This document shows, one piece after another, positions 39,617 through 51,950 of a stretch of 64,000 bases of DNA. The DNA comes from Longimicrobiales bacterium (GTDB lineage Bacteria; Gemmatimonadota; Gemmatimonadetes; Longimicrobiales; Gaopeijiaceae). The translations under genes and the position numbers were made by a program. The number at the start of each line of letters is the position of its first letter. The first letter of the stretch is position 1. Below the pieces are notes generated by a model. The model did no database searches. It was not told the origin of the DNA and was given only the letters and a program-made list of their open reading frames with translations. The stretch is taken from NCBI GenBank assembly GCA_965202985.1, contig CBDBCF010000001.1, positions 1,376,001 through 1,440,000 of the forward strand. Direction: 5' to 3'.

Positions 39617-40294
39617 ATGGACCGGGCAAGACCAGAAACGGCCGAATCGACCGTAGCGGGCCGGCGCCGCAAGGACCGGCGGCTGTGGCGGGGGGCGTTC
39701 GCGGCGTCGCTTGCGGTCCACCTGCTCGTCCTGCTGTTGGGAGATCGGCGGCCCATCCCCCTTGCGCCCTTCGCCGCCGCAGGCCCCAAGGCCGGAGACG
39801 ACCGGGCCGCGGCCGGGGGCATGGAGGCGCTGAACGTCCGCGTCCCGCCACGCCCTCCGGTGACGCCGCCGGCGATCCCGATCGAGGTGACGGTGGAGAT
39901 CGAGCCCCTGGACTTGGAGCCCGACATGACCTTCGACATGGCCGCCGTGCTGGGGGAACCGGGCCCACCCGGCCCGCCGGGGCTGGCGGACGGAGACGGC
40001 GAAGGCGACGGAGGCACGGCGGCGGAAGGGCTCCGGCGGGTGCTGCCGCCGACGCCCCGCGGCATGATCATCCCCCCGGCCAACAACGACCTGCGCGGCA
40101 CGGAGATCGAGGTATGGGTCTTCGTGGACGAGCGCGGCCGCGTGGTGCCCGACTCCACCAGGCTGAACCCGGTCACGCGCAACGGCCGCTTCAACCGCCA
40201 GCTGATCCAAGAGGCGGCCCAGTGGGTGTTCCGCCCCGGCACGCTCGACGGCGAGCCCGTGGCCACGTGGTTCTCTTACGTGATCTCCATGTAG
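39617..40294 (+). CDS. TonB-like energy transducer (TM anchor, Pro-rich linker, TonB C-terminal domain)
   Basis: ASLAVHLLVL TM with SxxxH; VFVDERGRV...AAQWVFRPG...PV. Confidence 0.75.
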   Translation: MDRARPETAESTVAGRRRKDRRLWRGAFAASLAVHLLVLLLGDRRPIPLAPFAAAGPKAGDDRAAAGGMEALNVRVPPRPPVTPPAIPIEVTVEIEPLDLEPDMTFDMAAVLGEPGPPGPPGLADGDGEGDGGTAAEGLRRVLPPTPRGMIIPPANNDLRGTEIEVWVFVDERGRVVPDSTRLNPVTRNGRFNRQLIQEAAQWVFRPGTLDGEPVATWFSYVISM

Positions 40295-40300
40295 GTCGCC

Positions 40301-41893
40301 ATGTTGCGTGTCGCCAAGCGAATCCTGTGGGTGGACGACGAGATCGACCTGTTGCGCCCGCACCTCCTCTTTCTGCAACAGCGGGGCTATCACGTCGACG
40401 CGGTCGTCAACGGGGACGACGCGCTGGCGCTGCTTCGCGAGCACGCCTACGAGCTGATCCTGCTGGACGAGCAGATGCCGGGCCGACGCGGCCTGGAGGT
40501 CCTGAAGGCGATCCGGCGCGACGACCCGCACGCCCAGGTCGTGATGGTCACCAAGTCGGAAGAGGACCGCACGATGACGGAGGCGATCGGACGCCACGTG
40601 GAGGACTACTTGGTGAAGCCCGTCAGTCCGCGCCAGGTTTTGTCGGTGGTGACGCGCATCTTGGAGGGGTCGTCGATCCAGCAGCAGCGCGCGGCCCAAG
40701 ACTTCGCGGCCCGCTGGCCGGCGCTGGTCCGTCGCCGCGAGCAGGCGTCCACCGCCCACGGCTTCGCCCAGGTCTATCGAGAGCTGGTCGACTGGCACCT
40801 CCGCATGGAGAGCGCGGGAGAGCGCGGGCTGATGGACACGGTGGAGTCGCTGCAAGAGGACCTGCGCCACGACTTCGGACGCTGGGTCGTCGGCAAGTAC
40901 CCGGCTTGGACCCGAGGCGAGGACGACCCGCCCGAGCTGTCGGTGGACATCGTGCGCCGGCGTCTGTTGCCCCTTCTGGGTCGCGACCCCGTGTTCTTCG
41001 TGGTGCTGGACTGCATGCGGCTGGACCAGTGGCGGGCGATCTCGCCGCTCCTGGCCGGCCTCTTCGAGATCGAGGAGAGCTACCACTACTCGATCTTGCC
41101 CACGGCCACGCCCTACGCCCGCAACGCGCTCTTCTCGGGTCTGTACCCGGACCAGATCGCCGCCGCCCGTCCCGGCTGGTGGGACTCGTCCGACGACGAG
41201 GGGTCGCTCAACGCCTTCGAGGACGACTTGCTGCGCGACCAGTTGAGCCGCCTGGCGGGTCGCGAGGTGCCCGTGCACTACGAGAAGGTCTTCACGGACC
41301 GCAAGGCGGACCGGGTGGTGCCCCGCGTTCGGGCCGCGACGGGAACGCCGGACTCGGTGATCGCCCTCGTCTTCAACTTCGTGGACTTGATGACGCACGG
41401 CCGCTCCGAGTCTCCCATCCTCATGGAGGTTGCGCGCGACGAGGCCGCGCTGCGCCAGTTGACCCGCTCCTGGTTCGAGCGCTCCACGGCGTTCTCCGTG
41501 CTCAAGGAAGCCGCCGGCCGAGGCCATCGAGTTCTGCTTACCACCGACCACGGCTCGATTCACTGTCGGCGGCCCGCCACCGTGCTGGCCCGGCGCAACA
41601 CGACCTCGGCCCTTCGCTACAAGTTCGGCCACGACTTGCGGGCCAAGAACCGCGGCACGGCGTTCGCTTCCCGCAAGGCCAGCGACCTGCGGTTCCCCGA
41701 GGGCGCGCCCGGCACGCGGTACCTAGTGGCGCTGGACGACTACTTCTTCGTGTACCCCACCCGCCTTCGCGAGTACCAGCGGCGCTACCGCAACTCCTTC
41801 CTTCACGGGGGCATCTCGCCCGAGGAGATGATCGTCCCCGTGGCCACCCTTCAGCCCCGCCGACGACGCCGGCCCGACGCGGACGACGAATGA
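40301..41893 (+). CDS. Response regulator receiver fused to PglZ/alkaline-phosphatase domain (PorX-like)
   Basis: ILWVDDE, LLDEQMPG, MVTKSEE, YLVKP; then VLDCMRLDQW, ILPTATPYARN, NFVDLMTH, TTDHG, FLHGGIS. Confidence 0.9.
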   Translation: MLRVAKRILWVDDEIDLLRPHLLFLQQRGYHVDAVVNGDDALALLREHAYELILLDEQMPGRRGLEVLKAIRRDDPHAQVVMVTKSEEDRTMTEAIGRHVEDYLVKPVSPRQVLSVVTRILEGSSIQQQRAAQDFAARWPALVRRREQASTAHGFAQVYRELVDWHLRMESAGERGLMDTVESLQEDLRHDFGRWVVGKYPAWTRGEDDPPELSVDIVRRRLLPLLGRDPVFFVVLDCMRLDQWRAISPLLAGLFEIEESYHYSILPTATPYARNALFSGLYPDQIAAARPGWWDSSDDEGSLNAFEDDLLRDQLSRLAGREVPVHYEKVFTDRKADRVVPRVRAATGTPDSVIALVFNFVDLMTHGRSESPILMEVARDEAALRQLTRSWFERSTAFSVLKEAAGRGHRVLLTTDHGSIHCRRPATVLARRNTTSALRYKFGHDLRAKNRGTAFASRKASDLRFPEGAPGTRYLVALDDYFFVYPTRLREYQRRYRNSFLHGGISPEEMIVPVATLQPRRRRRPDADDE

Positions 41894-43692
41894 GCGTCTA
41901 CCGAAGGCTCCTCGCCTACTTGGCGCCCCACCGCGCGTCGTTCCTCGGGGCGATCGTCCTGGCCGCCGTGGTAGCCGTCCTGGACACGTTCTCCGTCCTG
42001 CTGCTCATTCCCTTCCTGGACGCCATCTTCGGCGCCGGCGCCGTTTCCGAGCCGCAAGAACCGAACGCGGTGACGCTGGCGCTGGACTGGACGATCGGGC
42101 GGTTGGTGGACCTGGACGGGGACCCCTTGGTGGTCGTCGGCGGCGTGATCCTCTTGATCTTGGCCGTGGTGGCGGTCAAGAACGTGGCCGAGTTCGGGCG
42201 CGCGTACCTGTCCGCTCGGGTGGAGCAAGGGGTGGCTCGCGACTTGCGCAACCGCGTGTACGGGCACCTGCTGGGCGTCGATCTGGGCTTCTTCGGACGC
42301 ACGCGCACGGGCCAGATCGTCTCTCGGCTGACCACCGACATCGACCAGATTCGTTCGCTGGTCATGGGTCAGATCGCCAAGGGCATGGCGTCGGTCTTTC
42401 AGGTGGTGGCGGTGCTCGCGGGGATGCTCCTGCAGTCCGGGCGACTGACGGCGGCGGCCCTTGTCGTCGCGCCGCTGACTCTGGTGGTGTGGGGTCCGTT
42501 CATGCGGCGACTGCGGGGAAGGAACCGTCGCGTGCTGGACGTGGCCGGCGAGGTCGGGTCGCACGTGCAAGAGACCGTGTCGGGGATCCGCTTGGTCAAG
42601 TCCGCCACGGCCGAGCGCCGCGAGCAGCAACGCTTCGGCGGCCTGACGGCGGCCCACTACGCCGCCTTCCTGCGCACGGTTCGCCTGAGCGCCCTGGCTC
42701 GGCCGGTCACCGAGATCGTCGCCGGCCTGGGCACGGCGCTGATCCTTTGGTACGGATCGCGAATCGTGGTGGACGGCGGCATGTCCGGCAGCACCTTCAT
42801 CAGCTTCCTCTTCCTCAGCACGCGCCTCTACGGCCCGGTCAAGCAGCTCAGCCAGCTGCCCGCCGTGCTTTCGCCGGGGCTCGCGGCGGCGGATCGAATC
42901 TTCGAGTTCTTGGACGTGCCCGTCGAGGCCAGGGGCCGGGTCGGCGCTCGACCCTTTGCCGGCGTGGGCTCGGGGATCCGCTACCGGAACGTGTCGCTCG
43001 AGTACCGGGAAGGCCGTCCGGTGCTCGAGGGGATCGACTTGCGCGTGGCCAAGGGCTCCGTGGCCGCGCTGGTGGGCCGAAGCGGGGCCGGCAAGACCAG
43101 CATCGTCGACCTTCTGGGGCGGTTCTTCGACCCGTCCGCAGGCAGCGTCGAGATCGACGGCAGGGACCTGCGCGACTACGACTTGGCGTCGCTGCGGCGC
43201 AGTTTGGGGATCGTGTCCCAGGAGACGGTCCTGTTTCACGACACGGTGCGGGCCAACATGGCGTACGGAACCGAGGGCGCGTCGGACGACGAGGTTCGCA
43301 AGGCGGCTCGGGCGGCGCACGCGCACGATTTCGTCATGGCCCTTCCGCAGGGCTACGACACGGTGGTAGGCGAACGGGGCGTCAGCCTGTCCGGCGGAGA
43401 GCGGCAAAGGGTGGCGCTGGCCCGCACGATCTTGCGCGACCCGCCGATCCTCGTCCTGGACGAGGCCACGAGTTCGCTGGACATGGAGTCGGAACGCCTT
43501 GTGCAAGAGGCGATGGGGCGCCTGATGGCCGGGCGCACCGCGTTCGTGATCGCGCACCGCTTGGCCACGATTCGCCGGGCCGACGTGATCTTCGTCGTGG
43601 ACGAGGGGCGGGTCGTGCAGCAGGGGCGCCACGAGGAGCTGGTCGAGCGGAGCGGCCTCTATCGTCACCTGCAGGAGCTTCAGTTCCGTTGA
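41890..43692 (+). CDS. ABC transporter permease/ATPase, MsbA-like lipid A flippase
   Basis: TM domain, Walker A GRSGAGKT, LSGGERQR, ILVLDEATSSLD, IAHRL; adjacent to an lpxL-like gene. Confidence 0.9.
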   Translation: MSVYRRLLAYLAPHRASFLGAIVLAAVVAVLDTFSVLLLIPFLDAIFGAGAVSEPQEPNAVTLALDWTIGRLVDLDGDPLVVVGGVILLILAVVAVKNVAEFGRAYLSARVEQGVARDLRNRVYGHLLGVDLGFFGRTRTGQIVSRLTTDIDQIRSLVMGQIAKGMASVFQVVAVLAGMLLQSGRLTAAALVVAPLTLVVWGPFMRRLRGRNRRVLDVAGEVGSHVQETVSGIRLVKSATAERREQQRFGGLTAAHYAAFLRTVRLSALARPVTEIVAGLGTALILWYGSRIVVDGGMSGSTFISFLFLSTRLYGPVKQLSQLPAVLSPGLAAADRIFEFLDVPVEARGRVGARPFAGVGSGIRYRNVSLEYREGRPVLEGIDLRVAKGSVAALVGRSGAGKTSIVDLLGRFFDPSAGSVEIDGRDLRDYDLASLRRSLGIVSQETVLFHDTVRANMAYGTEGASDDEVRKAARAAHAHDFVMALPQGYDTVVGERGVSLSGGERQRVALARTILRDPPILVLDEATSSLDMESERLVQEAMGRLMAGRTAFVIAHRLATIRRADVIFVVDEGRVVQQGRHEELVERSGLYRHLQELQFR

Positions 43693-44696
43693 GCCGCGAG
43701 CTGTGGCGCGAAGCGTCCTGGCGGCACCGGCTGGAGTACGCCGCGTTTCGGTTGGTGACCGGGGCGTTCGGCGCGGCCCCCGAGGGGTTGGCGGACCGGG
43801 GCGGCGCCGGGCTGGGTTGGTTGGCGGCTCGGGTCGGCAAGCCGCGGTGGGGGGTCGTGAGCGACCAGCTGGCGAAGGCGTTTCCGGAGGCCGACGACCG
43901 GTGGCGTCGGGACGTGGGCCGGCGTTGCTACGCTCACCTGGGGGCGGAAGCGGTGGCGATGCTCCGCCTGGCCCGGCTGGACAGCCGCAAGGTCCTGGAG
44001 CGGACGCGCATGGTCGGGCGGGAGGTCTTGGAGGAGGCCGCCGAGGCCGGCCGGGGGATCTTGCTCGTGACCGCCCACTTCGGGAACTGGGAGCTGGCCG
44101 GCGCGTCGATCACCGCCCGAGGGTTCCCGCTGGACGTGGTGGCCGCCCGTCAGCGCAACCTGCTCTTCGACCGGCGCGTGAACCTGTCGCGCGAGGGGCT
44201 GGGAATGCGCGTCATCCCCAGGGGAGACGCCCGGCGGGGTGTGCTGGAGTCGCTGCGCGCAGGACGGTTCGTGGGCATCTTGGGCGACCAGGACGCGCGT
44301 CGGGCCGGCGTCTTCGTGGACTTCTTCGGACGGCCGGCAGCCACGGCCCGAGGACCGGCTCTCCTGGCCTTGCGCGCCGGCGCGCCCCTGGCCACCACCT
44401 TCTGCACCCGGCTGCCCGGACGAAAGCCGCGCTACGAAGTCCGGATCGAGCGTCTGCCCCCGCCCGTTTCCGGCGACGACGCCGGGGCGCCCGGCGGGCC
44501 AGCGGCGCAAGGCGGCCGCGTCGGGTTCGGCAACCTCGCCGCCCTCGTCGCGGCTCTGACCCAGGCGCACACGTCGCGGCTGGAAGCGCTGGTGCGCAGC
44601 CGTCCCGAGCAGTACTTCTGGCTTCACCGGCGCTGGAAGACGCCGCCGCCGGAGGCCGCCGAGGGAACTTTTTCGGTGCAGCGTGGTATAGATTGA
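43689..44696 (+). CDS. Lipid A biosynthesis lauroyl/lysophospholipid acyltransferase (LpxL/HtrB family)
   Basis: TAHFGNWE, LGDQD, VDFFG, PEQYFWLHRRWK; TTG start overlapping the upstream stop. Confidence 0.9.
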   Translation: MSRELWREASWRHRLEYAAFRLVTGAFGAAPEGLADRGGAGLGWLAARVGKPRWGVVSDQLAKAFPEADDRWRRDVGRRCYAHLGAEAVAMLRLARLDSRKVLERTRMVGREVLEEAAEAGRGILLVTAHFGNWELAGASITARGFPLDVVAARQRNLLFDRRVNLSREGLGMRVIPRGDARRGVLESLRAGRFVGILGDQDARRAGVFVDFFGRPAATARGPALLALRAGAPLATTFCTRLPGRKPRYEVRIERLPPPVSGDDAGAPGGPAAQGGRVGFGNLAALVAALTQAHTSRLEALVRSRPEQYFWLHRRWKTPPPEAAEGTFSVQRGID

Positions 44697-44766
44697 ACGA
44701 CCGGCCGGAGTCGCTTCCGGCCGGCGCTCGACAAGTGCCCGCGCGTCGCGACCGAGGCAAACCGTC

Positions 44767-46443
44767 ATGGTATACATCTGCATTCCGACACGAGACGAAG
44801 ACCGGACGATCGGCGTCCTGCTGTGGAAGATCCGCAGCGTCATGCAGGAACTGGGCAGGGACTACGCCGTCCTGGTCTTCGACGACGGATCCACCGACCG
44901 GACCCGTTCCCTGCTGAACACGTACAAGCGCTTCTTGCCCCTGACGATCCTGGGCCGCAAGCGCCCCGTCGGCTATGGCGCCGCCCTGGAACACCTGTTT
45001 CGCGCGGTCGCGGCCCGGACCCGGTACCCGAAGCGAGACGCCGTCGTCGTCATGCAGGGCGACTTCACCGACCACCCCGGCGACCTGGACGCCCTGTTCA
45101 AGCCGTTCGAGGGCGGGGCCGACATCGTGGCGGGCAAGCCGGAGCCCGATGCTCCGGGCGCTCCAGGGGGGGCTTCGGGCACCGCCGGATCGCCCTGGCA
45201 CGTGCGGCTGGCCAGGAGGCTTGGGGGCGCGGTGCTGGGCCGGGCGCAGCTGGCCGAGGCCGGGAGCGGGGACCCGTTCTGCGGCTATCGCGCCTACCGC
45301 GCCGTGGTGGTCCGGAAGGCCCTGGAGGCTTGCGGCGACGGGCCGCTGCTGGAGCGGTCCGGGTGGGCGGCCAACGCCGAGCTGATGGCCAAGCTGACCC
45401 CCCTCGCGCGACGGGTCGCCGAGGCGCCGGTCAGGGTTCGATACGACATTCGCTGGAGGCGGAGCCGCGTGCGCTTGCTTCCCACGGTTGCGGAGATCCT
45501 GCGGCTGCGGCGGTCGGTGCGCGGGCTTCGCGGCGGTGCGCCGGGGCTGGCGTTGTCGCTGCTGCTCGCGGCCGCTTGGCCCGGCGGGGGCGCCTTGGCG
45601 CAGAACGGCGTCAGCGCGAAGCCGAAGCTGCTGCTGGATTCGCTTGCGACGCCAGTGCATTCGGTGTCCGCGGTGCCGTTCGAGCTGGGCGAGGACCTGC
45701 GGTACAAGGTCAAGGTGATGGTGTTCACCGCCGGCGAAGGACGGATGACCGTGGCCCGGATCGACACTGTGCGCAACGCTCCCGCCTATGCCGCCGAATG
45801 GCACATCCAGGGCGGCTTCCTGGGCTATCGCATCGACTCCAAGTTCTACTCGTGGATGGACACGGAGACGCTGGTTTCCCGCCGTTTCATGAAGGACCAG
45901 CACGAGGGCGGGCGCAAGCGGTACCGCGAGTACGACTTCTTCCCCGAAGAGCGCCGCTGGCACCGGATCGACTACGACACGACCGCCACGCTGCCCACAT
46001 CCTTGCCGTTGGACGACGTGTCCTTCGTCTACTACGCCCGCACCCTGCCTCTGGTCGTGGGCGAGACGTACACGCTCAACCGCTACTTCAAGGAAGAAGG
46101 CAACCCGGTGGTCATCAAGGTGCTGCGCAAGGACCGCCGCGAAGTGGGGGCCGGCGAGTTCAACACCATCGTGGTGCAGCCCTCGATCCGAACGCGGGGC
46201 CTGTTCTCCGAAGGCGGACACGCCGAGATCCACTTCTCGGACGACGAGCGGCGGCTGATCGTCTACATGAAGGTCGATCTGCCCTTGGTCGGAACGTTGA
46301 GCCTCCACTTGGAGGAGATCGGCACCGCGGCCGCGGCGGTCGGCGACACGGCCGCGACGGCCGGGGAATCAGCCGCGGCGATCGGTGTCGGCGCCCCCGG
46401 CGGACGGGACGGCCGCGAAGCCGCCGCTCGGGACCGTCGCTAG
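44767..46443 (+). CDS. Glycosyltransferase family 2 domain in frame with a signal peptide and DUF3108-like domain
   Basis: YICIPTRDE, VFDDGSTD, MQGD; then LALSLLLAAAWPGGGALAQ and PFELGEDLRYKV...VGAGEFNTIVVQP...IHFSDDERR. Confidence 0.8.
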   Translation: MVYICIPTRDEDRTIGVLLWKIRSVMQELGRDYAVLVFDDGSTDRTRSLLNTYKRFLPLTILGRKRPVGYGAALEHLFRAVAARTRYPKRDAVVVMQGDFTDHPGDLDALFKPFEGGADIVAGKPEPDAPGAPGGASGTAGSPWHVRLARRLGGAVLGRAQLAEAGSGDPFCGYRAYRAVVVRKALEACGDGPLLERSGWAANAELMAKLTPLARRVAEAPVRVRYDIRWRRSRVRLLPTVAEILRLRRSVRGLRGGAPGLALSLLLAAAWPGGGALAQNGVSAKPKLLLDSLATPVHSVSAVPFELGEDLRYKVKVMVFTAGEGRMTVARIDTVRNAPAYAAEWHIQGGFLGYRIDSKFYSWMDTETLVSRRFMKDQHEGGRKRYREYDFFPEERRWHRIDYDTTATLPTSLPLDDVSFVYYARTLPLVVGETYTLNRYFKEEGNPVVIKVLRKDRREVGAGEFNTIVVQPSIRTRGLFSEGGHAEIHFSDDERRLIVYMKVDLPLVGTLSLHLEEIGTAAAAVGDTAATAGESAAAIGVGAPGGRDGREAAARDRR

Positions 46444-47083
46444 CGGAGAACCGGCGCTGGAAGGCGCGAGGCCCGCGCCGAAGACCGGCTCCCGGGCGCC
46501 CCGTCTGTCGGCCGCTTGGCTCTTGGCCGCCGCCTTTTTCTGGTTGGCGCGCCCAGGCGCGTACTCGCTGGTGGCGGGGGGCGCGGTCGTTTTGGCCGGA
46601 CTGGCGCTTCGCGCATGGGCGGCCGGCGTGCTGGAAAAGGATTGGCAGCTCACCGTGTCGGGACCCTACGCCTTCACGCGCAACCCCTTGTACTTGGGAA
46701 GCTTCGTGGTCGGCGTGGGCGCGGCGGTGGCCGGAGGCGTCCCCTGGTTCGCCCTGTTGTTCGTCGCCTTCTTCGGCTTCGCCTACGGCCGAACGATGGC
46801 CGCCGAGAGTCGAGACCTGGAGGCCCGCTTCGGCGAACGTCACGCTCAGTACCGCAATGCCGTCCCGCTCTTCCTGCCTCGGTGTCGCCCGTACCGGCAT
46901 CCGGCACGGTCGATGATCGCGCCGGACCTGGCCGAAGGTCGGGATCTGGCCGGAACGTCGGGGCCGGCGGCAACGTCTTTCTCGCTTCGCCGCTACGCGC
47001 GCAACAAAGAGTACGAGGCAGCGCTGGGCGCGATGGCGGGGTTCGGCGGGCTGGCCGCGAAGGCGGTGGGGTGGTGGGGATAG
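46385..47083 (+). CDS. Isoprenylcysteine carboxyl methyltransferase / PEMT-family membrane methyltransferase
   Basis: [31 protein letters not shown]...[10 protein letters not shown]; start uncertain. Confidence 0.8.
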   Translation: MSAPPADGTAAKPPLGTVASGEPALEGARPAPKTGSRAPRLSAAWLLAAAFFWLARPGAYSLVAGGAVVLAGLALRAWAAGVLEKDWQLTVSGPYAFTRNPLYLGSFVVGVGAAVAGGVPWFALLFVAFFGFAYGRTMAAESRDLEARFGERHAQYRNAVPLFLPRCRPYRHPARSMIAPDLAEGRDLAGTSGPAATSFSLRRYARNKEYEAALGAMAGFGGLAAKAVGWWG

Positions 47084-47206
47084 GGGCCAGACTCCGAAGC
47101 TTCCCCTTGCGTCGGCCACCCCCGGCGCCCCATCCTGCCGAGTGTCGCCCGGCGGGTCGGACAACGCTCGGACCCGCACGGCTCCCCTCGAACACAGGAA
47201 GGCGCC

Positions 47207-47709
47207 ATGCCAGCGATCACCATGACTGTGAACGGAGCCCAGCGGACGGCCACGGCCGAAAACCGCACGCTGCTGGCGGACTTCCTTCGCGAGCAGTTGG
47301 GCCTGACCGGCACCCATGTCGGGTGCGACACCAGCCAGTGCGGCGCGTGCGTCGTGCACGTGGACGGCGCGTCGGTGAAGAGCTGCACGCTCCTGGCGGT
47401 GGAGGCGGCGGGCGCGAGCGTGACCACGATCGAAGGGCTGGCCAACGGCGTCGGACTGCACCCCATGCAGGAGGCGTTCCGGGAGCACCACGGGCTCCAG
47501 TGCGGCTTCTGCACGCCGGGCATGGTCATGAGCGCGGTGGACTTGGCCGGTCGGAACCCGAACCCCGGCGAGCACGAAGTTCGCGAGTGGCTGGAGGGGA
47601 ACCTCTGCCGATGCACCGGCTACCACAACATCGTGAAGGCCGTTCAGGCGGGGGCGCGAGCGCAGGCGGCACGGGCCGACCAACAGGCCGCACCGGAAGG
47701 AGGCGCTTC

Positions 47710-47713
<4 letters not shown>
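47207..47713 (+). CDS. coxS: Molybdo-hydroxylase [2Fe-2S] subunit (CoxS-like)
   Basis: [27 protein letters not shown]. Confidence 0.93.
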
Positions 47714-50115
<2,402 letters not shown>

Positions 50116-50145
50116 CGGCCCGCGACACCGACAAGGAGACGACCC

Positions 50146-51000
50146 ATGAACGACTTTCGGTACCACGCGCCGGACTCGGTGGACGACGCGCTGCGACTTC
50201 TGCAAGGCGCCGACGACGGCAAGCTGCTGGCCGGCGGCATGAGCCTTTTGCCGCTCATGAAGTTGAACTTGGCCGCGCCCAGCGACGTGATCTCGCTGGC
50301 CAACGTGCCCGGGCTGAGCGAGATCGCGGAGCGCGACAGCCAAGCGTACGGCGAAGGCGCCTATGGCCAGGGGGCTTACAGCGGCACCGGGCACACGCAT
50401 ATCGAAATCGGCGCCCTGTGCACGCACGACCAGGCAGCGGCGTCTTCGGCGGTTCGGCGCAGGATACCGGCGCTAGCGGAGATGGCCTCCGGTATCGGCG
50501 ACCCCCAGGTGCGCAATCGCGGCACGATCGGCGGCTCTCTCGCCCACAACGATCCGGCGGCGGACTATCCGGCGGCGTGCCTGGCGCTGGGCGCTTCGGT
50601 AACGACCGACCGACGCGAGCTGACGGCGGACGACTTCTTCCAGGGCATGTTCGCCACGGCCTTGGAAGACGACGAGATCGTCGTGTCGGTGCGCTTCCCC
50701 GTGCCGGAGCGGGCGGGGTGGGCCAAGTTCGCCAACCCGGCATCCAAGTACGCGGTGGCCGGCGTCATGGTCGCGCAAGGGCCGGCTGGAACGCGGGTCG
50801 CGGTGACCGGGGCGTCGGGAGACGGCGCGTTTCGGGCGGGGAACATGGAAACGGCGCTGTCGCGGTCGTTCGCAGCCGGAGCGCTGGACGACGTCGAGGT
50901 GTCGCCGGACGAGATGCTGTCGGACGGCGCCGCCGGCCCCGAGTACCGCGCCCACTTGGTGCGGGTCATGGCGAAGCGCGCCGTGGAGGCTTGCGCATAG
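50146..51000 (+). CDS. coxM: FAD-binding subunit (CoxM-like)
   Basis: LAGGMSLLP, IGDPQVRNRGTIGGS, DPAADYP, EYRAHL. Confidence 0.92.
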   Translation: MNDFRYHAPDSVDDALRLLQGADDGKLLAGGMSLLPLMKLNLAAPSDVISLANVPGLSEIAERDSQAYGEGAYGQGAYSGTGHTHIEIGALCTHDQAAASSAVRRRIPALAEMASGIGDPQVRNRGTIGGSLAHNDPAADYPAACLALGASVTTDRRELTADDFFQGMFATALEDDEIVVSVRFPVPERAGWAKFANPASKYAVAGVMVAQGPAGTRVAVTGASGDGAFRAGNMETALSRSFAAGALDDVEVSPDEMLSDGAAGPEYRAHLVRVMAKRAVEACA

Positions 51001-51011
51001 CGGGTCCCGCC

Positions 51012-51947
51012 GTGCGCGCCAACTCGGCGGTGCGCCCCAACTCGGCGGAGGACGCTGTGGCTCTGCTCCAGGGCCAGGGCTACGTGGCCGACGCCGCTTT
51101 GGGAACGGCCCTCTTCCTGTCTGTGGAGCTGGGCCGCCCTCTGTTGCTGGAGGGTGAAGCCGGCGTCGGCAAGACCGAGGTGGCCAAGACGTTGTCCGCC
51201 GGCCTGAATCGCCGGCTGGTGCGCCTTCAGTGCTATGAAGGACTGGACTTGGCGTCGGCGGCCTACGAGTGGAACTACGCCAAGCAGATGATCCACATCC
51301 GGGCGGCGGAAGGCGGCGACCGCGGGACGGAGGGCCTCGCGGCCCGTGCCCGCGCCCGCGACGCCCTGGCCCGCGACGTGTTCTCCGAGGAGTTCCTCAT
51401 CCGCCGTCCGCTGCTTGCGGCCCTGGACCCGCCGGACGGAAGTGCGCCCGTGCTGCTCATCGACGAGCTGGACCGGACCGACGAGCCGTTCGAGGCCTAC
51501 TTGCTGGAGGTCTTGTCGGACTTTCAGATCACGATCCCCGAACTCGGCACGGTGCGGGCCGCCGCGCCGCCGCTCGTCGTGATCACGTCGAACCGCACGC
51601 GGGAGATTCACGACGCCCTGAAGCGGCGGTGCATCTACCACTGGATCGACTACCCCAGCGCCGCCCGAGAACTGGCGATCCTGGCTTCGAGAGTCCCCGG
51701 TGCGCCCGAGCGACTGGGCGGCCAAGTCGTGGCCTTCGTTCAGAAGGTTCGCGAGATGGACCTGTTCAAGCCCCCCGGCGTCGCCGAGACGCTGGACTGG
51801 ACCCGGGCGCTCATGGCCTTGGACCGCCACGCGCTGGACCGGGAGACCGCCGGCCGCACGCTGGGCGTTCTTCTCAAGTACCAGGACGACCTGGAGCGGA
51901 TGGCGGAGGGAGGCTTGGCGGAGGCGCTGGAGGCGGCGCACCCGTAG
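51012..51947 (+). CDS. coxD: MoxR-family AAA+ ATPase (CoxD-like)
   Basis: LLLEGEAGVGKT, LQCYEGLD, LLIDELD, TSNRTREIHDALKRRC; the start region has a near-perfect 18-bp duplication (51012-51047). Confidence 0.9.
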   Translation: MRANSAVRPNSAEDAVALLQGQGYVADAALGTALFLSVELGRPLLLEGEAGVGKTEVAKTLSAGLNRRLVRLQCYEGLDLASAAYEWNYAKQMIHIRAAEGGDRGTEGLAARARARDALARDVFSEEFLIRRPLLAALDPPDGSAPVLLIDELDRTDEPFEAYLLEVLSDFQITIPELGTVRAAAPPLVVITSNRTREIHDALKRRCIYHWIDYPSAARELAILASRVPGAPERLGGQVVAFVQKVREMDLFKPPGVAETLDWTRALMALDRHALDRETAGRTLGVLLKYQDDLERMAEGGLAEALEAAHP

Positions 51948-51950
51948 GCG

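Noticed and set aside
39494..43692. Long ORFs 39494..41632 (-), 41851..43668 (-) and the 1335-aa 39685..43692 fusion
   Set aside because: High-GC shadow or off-frame extensions; only 41890-43692 of the long plus ORF is the ABC transporter.
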